Position numbers and translations under genes: made by a program
Notes under the pieces: generated by a model
What the model saw: only the letters and a program-made list of their open reading frames with translations
Told to the model about the DNA's origin: nothing
The model's database searches: none
Part shown: piece after piece, positions 56,701-64,000 of the stretch
How the letters are laid out: every line of letters begins with the position of its first letter
How positions within the stretch are numbered: position 1 is the stretch's first letter
Assembly (NCBI GenBank): GCA_013388455.1
Contig: JACAFF010000040.1
Location: 65,990 to 129,989, forward strand
DNA from: Nitrospirota bacterium
Lineage (GTDB): Bacteria; Nitrospirota; Thermodesulfovibrionia; Thermodesulfovibrionales; SM23-35
Length of the DNA: 64,000 bases
Direction: 5' to 3'

Positions 56701-57274
56701 ACTCTTTTAATTCTTTTGCTTTATTTAGAACCTCAACAAAACCAGGCCACTCTTTCTCAGGGGCAGGTCCCTTCAGCGGATAATCTTTTCTCAAAGGATG
56801 CCCTTCCCAATCTTCAGGCAATAAAATTCTACGCAAATCTGGATGCCCTGAAAAAACGATACCGAACATATCATAACATTCTCTTTCATGCCAGTTAGCA
56901 CCTGCCCAGATTGGAACAACAGATCTAATCTTAGGGTCATTATCAGGAACCTGTGCTTTCACACGAATCCGATGACGATATCTTGTTGAAAGAAGGTTAT
57001 AGACAACTTCGAATCTGTTCTCTTTTTTCCCCTGGTAATCAACTGCGGTAAGGTCTTGAAGATGGTCAAAAGACAGATGAGGCTCATCATGAAGATATCT
57101 ACAAATATCAAATGCCTTACCCCGCTTTATAATTATTGAGACCTGATCTCTAAAATTAGTTACTTCAATAACTTCATCAGGAAACTTCTGTTTTATTTCT
57201 TCAGCGATCTCTGCAGGATCTAATCCCTTATCTGTTAATGATATTTTCCGTAATACTACCGCCATGGGCTCCAC
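56684..57274 (-). CDS. nuoC: NADH-quinone oxidoreductase subunit C
   Basis: LTAVDY...FEVVYNLLS...R.RVK...  ..[28 protein letters not shown] signature. Confidence 0.9.
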   Translation of the reverse strand: MEPMAVVLRKISLTDKGLDPAEIAEEIKQKFPDEVIEVTNFRDQVSIIIKRGKAFDICRYLHDEPHLSFDHLQDLTAVDYQGKKENRFEVVYNLLSTRYRHRIRVKAQVPDNDPKIRSVVPIWAGANWHERECYDMFGIVFSGHPDLRRILLPEDWEGHPLRKDYPLKGPAPEKEWPGFVEVLNKAKELKEFEWEG

Positions 57275-57777
57275 CTTGCCTTTTCATTTCTTATTTTTTC
57301 CTGAAGCATCATCATTGCCTCAAGCAATGTCTCAGGTCTTGGAGGACAACCAGGCACATATACATCAACTGGGAGAAAAGAATCACAACCCTGGACAGTA
57401 CTATAAGTTCTAAAAATACCGCCTGTGCAAGCACAACTGCCCATTGCTACAACATATCTTGGTTCTGGGATCTGGTCGTATACTCTTCTTACAACAGGTG
57501 CCATTTTCTTTGTTACTGTCCCTGCTACGATAATACAATCAGCCTGTCGAGGAGAACCTCTGAATATAATGCCAAACCTATCGAAATCGTAATGTGATGC
57601 GCCCACGGCCATCATCTCGATGGCACAACAAGCAAGTCCAAATGTCGTAGGCCAGATAGAAGATAACCTCCCCCAATTTATGAGCTTATCAAATGTTGTA
57701 ATAATAAGATTAGGAGGTAATACTTTTACATCTTTCTCAACTTCAACCAGGCCAATTGTAGATGTGTCTAATATCAT
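57256..57777 (-). CDS. nuoB: NADH-quinone oxidoreductase subunit B
   Basis: [18 protein letters not shown], and PGCPPRPE (N2 cluster ligands). Confidence 0.95.
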   Translation of the reverse strand: MILDTSTIGLVEVEKDVKVLPPNLIITTFDKLINWGRLSSIWPTTFGLACCAIEMMAVGASHYDFDRFGIIFRGSPRQADCIIVAGTVTKKMAPVVRRVYDQIPEPRYVVAMGSCACTGGIFRTYSTVQGCDSFLPVDVYVPGCPPRPETLLEAMMMLQEKIRNEKARWSPWR

Positions 57778-57796
57778 ACGTTACCTCTCAGTTTAA

Positions 57797-58168
57797 TTAA
57801 TCCCATTGAAATGCTTCTTTTCTCCAGGCATAAATATAACCGATTAAAAGGATAACGATAAATATGACCATTTCGATAAAAGCAAATATCCCTATCATAT
57901 CAAAAACAATAGCCCAAGGATAGATAAATATTGCCTCAACATCGAAGATAACGAAAAGCATAGCTATTATGTAAAATCTAATTGAAAACCTATACCTCGG
58001 TTCTCCAACAGGCGTAATACCTGATTCATATGGCATAAGCTTTTCAAAATAAGGTTTTTTCAATCTGAAGATATAACCAATGATGAGGGCGCCCAAGCCA
58101 AAAGCAGACGCTATAATAATGAAAATAAGTATCGGCAAATATTCTGATGGTATATACGTTCCAGGCAT
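57797..58168 (-). CDS. nuoA: NADH-quinone oxidoreductase subunit A
   Basis: 123 aa, 3 TM helices, YESGI.P.G......F...FY..A.LFVIFDVE motif. Confidence 0.9.
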   Translation of the reverse strand: MPGTYIPSEYLPILIFIIIASAFGLGALIIGYIFRLKKPYFEKLMPYESGITPVGEPRYRFSIRFYIIAMLFVIFDVEAIFIYPWAIVFDMIGIFAFIEMVIFIVILLIGYIYAWRKEAFQWD

Positions 58169-58276
58169 AAGCGGTTATGTTATACTTAAAAGCATAGTCT
58201 CTTGTCAAGTTAAAAATTTAATTATTTTTTATCAGATAATAAAACAAAAAAACTATCACATTAATAAGGAGAGGAC

Positions 58277-61417
<3,141 letters not shown>

Positions 61418-61482
61418 TTAAAAACAAACTCAGAATATTTCAGAGCAATGAGCTATACTTAAAATATCTTACATACAATAAC

Positions 61483-61692
61483 ATGGAGGTATACATGAAT
61501 CAGTTTATAAAAAGTATCATCCTTATTTTAATAATTTTATGTTTTGGGTGTACTACTGTTGTTATTAAAGAAAAACCTCCTGAATCCAAAGGTAAGGTGG
61601 CTGTATGTCATAAAGGTAAAACAATCTATGTTGATGAAGCAGCAGTTAAAGCTCATCTCGGGCATGGGGATTATCTGGGAGAATGCAGGTAA
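61483..61692 (+). CDS. Small secreted/lipoprotein-like protein with Cys/His-rich C-terminal motif
   Basis: Hydrophobic leader ending CFGC (non-canonical lipobox). C-terminal VCHKGKTIYVDEAAVKAHLGHGDYLGEC. The start is possibly ATG 61495. Confidence 0.45.
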   Translation: MEVYMNQFIKSIILILIILCFGCTTVVIKEKPPESKGKVAVCHKGKTIYVDEAAVKAHLGHGDYLGECR

Positions 61693-61752
61693 AATAACGT
61701 TCCGAATGACATCTCCTTATCGCTGGATTTGCGTAATTGATAAATAAATACG

Positions 61753-62208
61753 ATGTTTGATGAAAAGGATATTTATTTTATGAGAATTGCGCTCGATGAA
61801 GCAGAATCTGCTTTTCGTGCAGGCGAAGTACCTGTTGGCGCTGTTCTTGTTAAAAAGGGAAGTATTATTTCTAAAGCTCATAATCGTCGGGAAAGCATTA
61901 ATGATCCTACAGGTCATGCAGAGATGCTGGCGATAAGGTTGGGAGCCCACAAACTTGATACCTGGAGATTGACAGAAACAACTCTATATGTGACAAAAGA
62001 ACCCTGTATTATGTGTGCAGGAGCAATGGTGAATGCACGGCTTGGCAGACTTGTCTTCGGATGTAAGGATGAGAAAAGTGGAGCAGTCATAAGCCTTTAT
62101 AACCTCCTTTCGGATAAACGTCTCAATCATCAGGTTAAAGTATTATCAGGAATTTTAGAAGATAGTTGTGCTGAAATCCTAAAAAGATTTTTCCAGCAAC
62201 GAAGATAG
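61753..62208 (+). CDS. tadA: tRNA adenosine(34) deaminase
   Basis: HAEM and PCIMCAGA zinc motifs; 151 aa. Confidence 0.9.
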   Translation: MFDEKDIYFMRIALDEAESAFRAGEVPVGAVLVKKGSIISKAHNRRESINDPTGHAEMLAIRLGAHKLDTWRLTETTLYVTKEPCIMCAGAMVNARLGRLVFGCKDEKSGAVISLYNLLSDKRLNHQVKVLSGILEDSCAEILKRFFQQRR

Positions 62209-62291
62209 TCTTTACCTTGTTATGGATACAGGCCTTTTTGGATTGATACCTTCCTTTCATTTAAACTATTTAATATTTACTGTTGTTAACG

Positions 62292-62384
62292 GAGGGGTGC
62301 CAGAGTGGTTGAATGGGACGGTCTCGAAAATCGTTTCTCCCGTAGCCCGGGGGACGAGGGTTCGAATCCCTCCCCCTCCGCCAT
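62292..62384 (+). tRNA. tRNA-Ser (anticodon CGA), long variable arm, CCA encoded
   Basis: GGAGGGG-TG-CCAG...; anticodon arm ACGGT-CTCGAAA-ATCGT; long variable arm; T arm GAGGG-TTCGAAT-CCCTC; acceptor CCCCTCC-G-CCA. Confidence 0.9.
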
Positions 62385-62396
62385 AAAGGATATTCT

Positions 62397-62819
62397 CTAT
62401 TTCGGCACCCATACTTTCCCCTTATCAATAATATGCTCCACTATCCATCCTCTTTTTTGTAGTTCTCGAGCAATCCATCTTCTATGACACTTCCAGGGGA
62501 ACTTCTCTGCACAGATAATGACAGAGTTTTTCTGTTCTGCAATAGATTCAAGAAGTTCAATACCTTTAATAAATTCATCAGTGATGATGTAAGAAACATA
62601 GCCTCCCTTTCTGAATCCCCCCAGTTCTTTGCCGAGATAGTGATAATCTATGCCTTGCTGTATTAAAAGATTTTCAAGATTTTCCTTGATATATATTGTT
62701 ATTCTACTTCTCGGAAAACTGCGGACGTCTATTAATGACTGAATACTGTAAGCAAGGAGAATCTCTATGAAATCTTCTTCAGTCCTCCTGTCAGTTCCGA
62801 GAGTGTAAATTTTTTTCAT
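62397..62819 (-). CDS. DUF488-family protein
   Basis: KIYTLGTDRRTEEDFIEIL....IQSLIDVRSFPRSR ... YHYLGKELGGFR ... CAEKFPWKCHR matches the DUF488 pattern. Confidence 0.75.
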   Translation of the reverse strand: MKKIYTLGTDRRTEEDFIEILLAYSIQSLIDVRSFPRSRITIYIKENLENLLIQQGIDYHYLGKELGGFRKGGYVSYIITDEFIKGIELLESIAEQKNSVIICAEKFPWKCHRRWIARELQKRGWIVEHIIDKGKVWVPK

Positions 62820-62895
62820 AATTAAACTGAAAGATGCAATTATAATAATACACCCAAATAATGTAGATTTTGCTCGAAAATTTCTTTAACTCGAT

Positions 62896-62945
62896 ATACC
62901 CCCTTAGTTCCCCATTGCCAAGGAGAGAATTAAAGGGGGGTGTAT
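62896..62945. repeat. GC-rich nested-palindrome (REP-like) element, degenerate copy
   Basis: ATACCCCCTTAG-TTCCCCATTGCCAAGGAGAGAA-TTAAAGGGGGGTGTAT. Outer arms are complementary with an indel. The core TTGCCAAGG is shared with the copy at 25628-25667. Confidence 0.5.
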
Positions 62946-63073
62946 GTTCAATGAATAAAAATTTAGACTTGATTATATATACTATCTGAGAGAAAATTTT
63001 ATAAAGAAAAATATTACAATAAAAATGGCATAACAATTGCTAATAAAATATAATTATAAAGAAAGGAAAGGTT

Positions 63074-64000
63074 ATGTCAAAGGCCACCATATTATTAGTG
63101 GAAGACAACAAAATGCAGGCAGACATTACAAAGGATTATCTAAGTTCTAACGGATATGAGGTAATATGGGTTCAAGACGGAAAATCGGCTATCAAAATCG
63201 CAAAAGTCCAAAAAATCGATGTTATACTTCTTGATTTAATTTTACCAGATCTTGACGGCAATGAAGTAGCACGGTGGTTGAAAGTGAATAATGATACAAA
63301 AGGCATTCCAATAATTGCCTTGACTGTCAAGAAATCCATACAGGAGAAGGTATTAGGGCTGGAATCAGGAGCTGATGATTACCTTTCAAAACCATACAGT
63401 GAACTGGAGCTGAATGCAAGGATATACTCCTGCATGAGAACAAAGGCTTTGCAAGATAAACTTAAAGAGAAAAACCGACAATTGGAACAAGTATTGGCAA
63501 AAGTTGAAATGCTTGCAATTACTGATTCATTAACAGAAATTTATAATAGAAGATATTTTGAAACCACGATTGAGAGAGAATTTATAATGTCAAAAAGATA
63601 TAATACTCCTCTCTCTTGCTTGATGATTGATATTGACTATTTCAAAAAAATAAACGACGAATTCGGACATAGAATCGGGGATATAGTGCTTAAACAGGTA
63701 GCAATGTTAATAAAAAATTGCATAAGACAAGCAGACACTGTTGCGAGATGGGGGGGAGAAGAATTTATTATTCTACTTCCTAATACAAAAAAAGAAAATA
63801 CCCATGAAATTACCTCAAGAATACTTAAATCTGTATCAGTTCATAAATTCCCTGAAATTGGCAGGCCGATAACTGTAAGCATAGGAGTTGCTGGGATTCC
63901 TGATCCAGAAATAGATAACCCTGAAAAATTAATAAACATTTCAGATTCAGCTCTATATCAGGCAAAAGCTAAAGGTCGTAATAGGGTTGCAGTTTTATAA
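63074..64000 (+). CDS. Response regulator receiver + GGDEF diguanylate cyclase (PleD/WspR-like)
   Basis: REC domain (ILLVEDN, DVILLDLILPDLDG, KP), then GGDEF (DSLTEIYNRR, WGGEEF) with an intact I-site RQAD five residues upstream. Confidence 0.9.
   Translation: MSKATILLVEDNKMQADITKDYLSSNGYEVIWVQDGKSAIKIAKVQKIDVILLDLILPDLDGNEVARWLKVNNDTKGIPIIALTVKKSIQEKVLGLESGADDYLSKPYSELELNARIYSCMRTKALQDKLKEKNRQLEQVLAKVEMLAITDSLTEIYNRRYFETTIEREFIMSKRYNTPLSCLMIDIDYFKKINDEFGHRIGDIVLKQVAMLIKNCIRQADTVARWGGEEFIILLPNTKKENTHEITSRILKSVSVHKFPEIGRPITVSIGVAGIPDPEIDNPEKLINISDSALYQAKAKGRNRVAVL

Noticed and set aside
58169-58276. Specific regulator-binding palindromes in the nuo/nfn divergent region
   Set aside because: Only generic AT-rich sequence and a weak TTGTCA -35-like hexamer are present. 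Nothing is specific enough to call.
62305-62487. 60-aa plus-strand ORF
   Set aside because: It starts inside tRNA-Ser and runs antisense into the DUF488 gene, so it is an artefact.
62791-63036. 81-aa minus-strand ORF upstream of DUF488
   Set aside because: It is read through the degenerate palindromic repeat (PPFNSLLGNGELRG) and AT-rich promoter DNA, so it is most likely spurious.

Overview
AT-rich (by eye about one-third GC), densely coding bacterial chromosomal segment with about 65 protein genes and 2 tRNAs. I saw no rRNA, CRISPR array, prophage, or intact transposase or integrase. Gene content suggests an anaerobic Gram-negative lineage; a Nitrospirota/Thermodesulfovibrio-like origin is only a guess. 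Blocks: (1) 0.3-7.7 kb holds a Wza/Wzc/Wzy-type exopolysaccharide export operon led by an unusual SPOR-like + beta-barrel protein. (2) 7.7-11.1 kb holds mixed small genes: an unknown protein, an MBL-fold cyclic-nucleotide-PDE-like protein, PilZ, yajD-type HNH and an orphan radical SAM enzyme. (3) 11.2-20.6 kb is an accessory island abutting the 3' end of tRNA-Val. It carries decayed Y1 (IS200/RayT-like) transposase fragments, a type I R-M system (hsdM-hsdS-hsdR) with an unknown gene coupled upstream of hsdM, a toxin/antitoxin-like pair between hsdS and hsdR, a short YgjP-like peptidase, and a GYD pseudogene. (4) 20.7-38.5 kb is housekeeping: yicC-DUF370-gmk-rpoZ-coaBC, TPR+Roadblock, aroQ, pepP, fadL plus a frameshifted acyl ligase, efp-accB-accC-thiE, Usp, an NSS transporter with a micro-subunit, nitroreductase and pfkA. 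(5) 38.5-43.0 kb is a c-di-GMP operon (GAF-GGDEF / HEAT protein / HD-GYP). (6) Next come rluD, vapBC, an isochorismatase-family gene, an EAL remnant and htrA. (7) 47.9-58.2 kb is an 11-gene nuoA-N operon without nuoEFG. Its NuoD carries an embedded 8-Cys ferredoxin-like insertion, and the operon is divergent from nfnAB. (8) The window ends with an HD hydrolase, tadA, tRNA-Ser, DUF488 and a response-regulator GGDEF. The most notable observations are the NuoD Fe-S insertion, a dispersed family of GC-rich nested palindromes (one inserted in frame in hsdS with a target-site-duplication-like repeat), and the uncharacterised genes embedded in the R-M locus. All functional calls come from reading the translated ORFs and motifs by eye; no database search was run.
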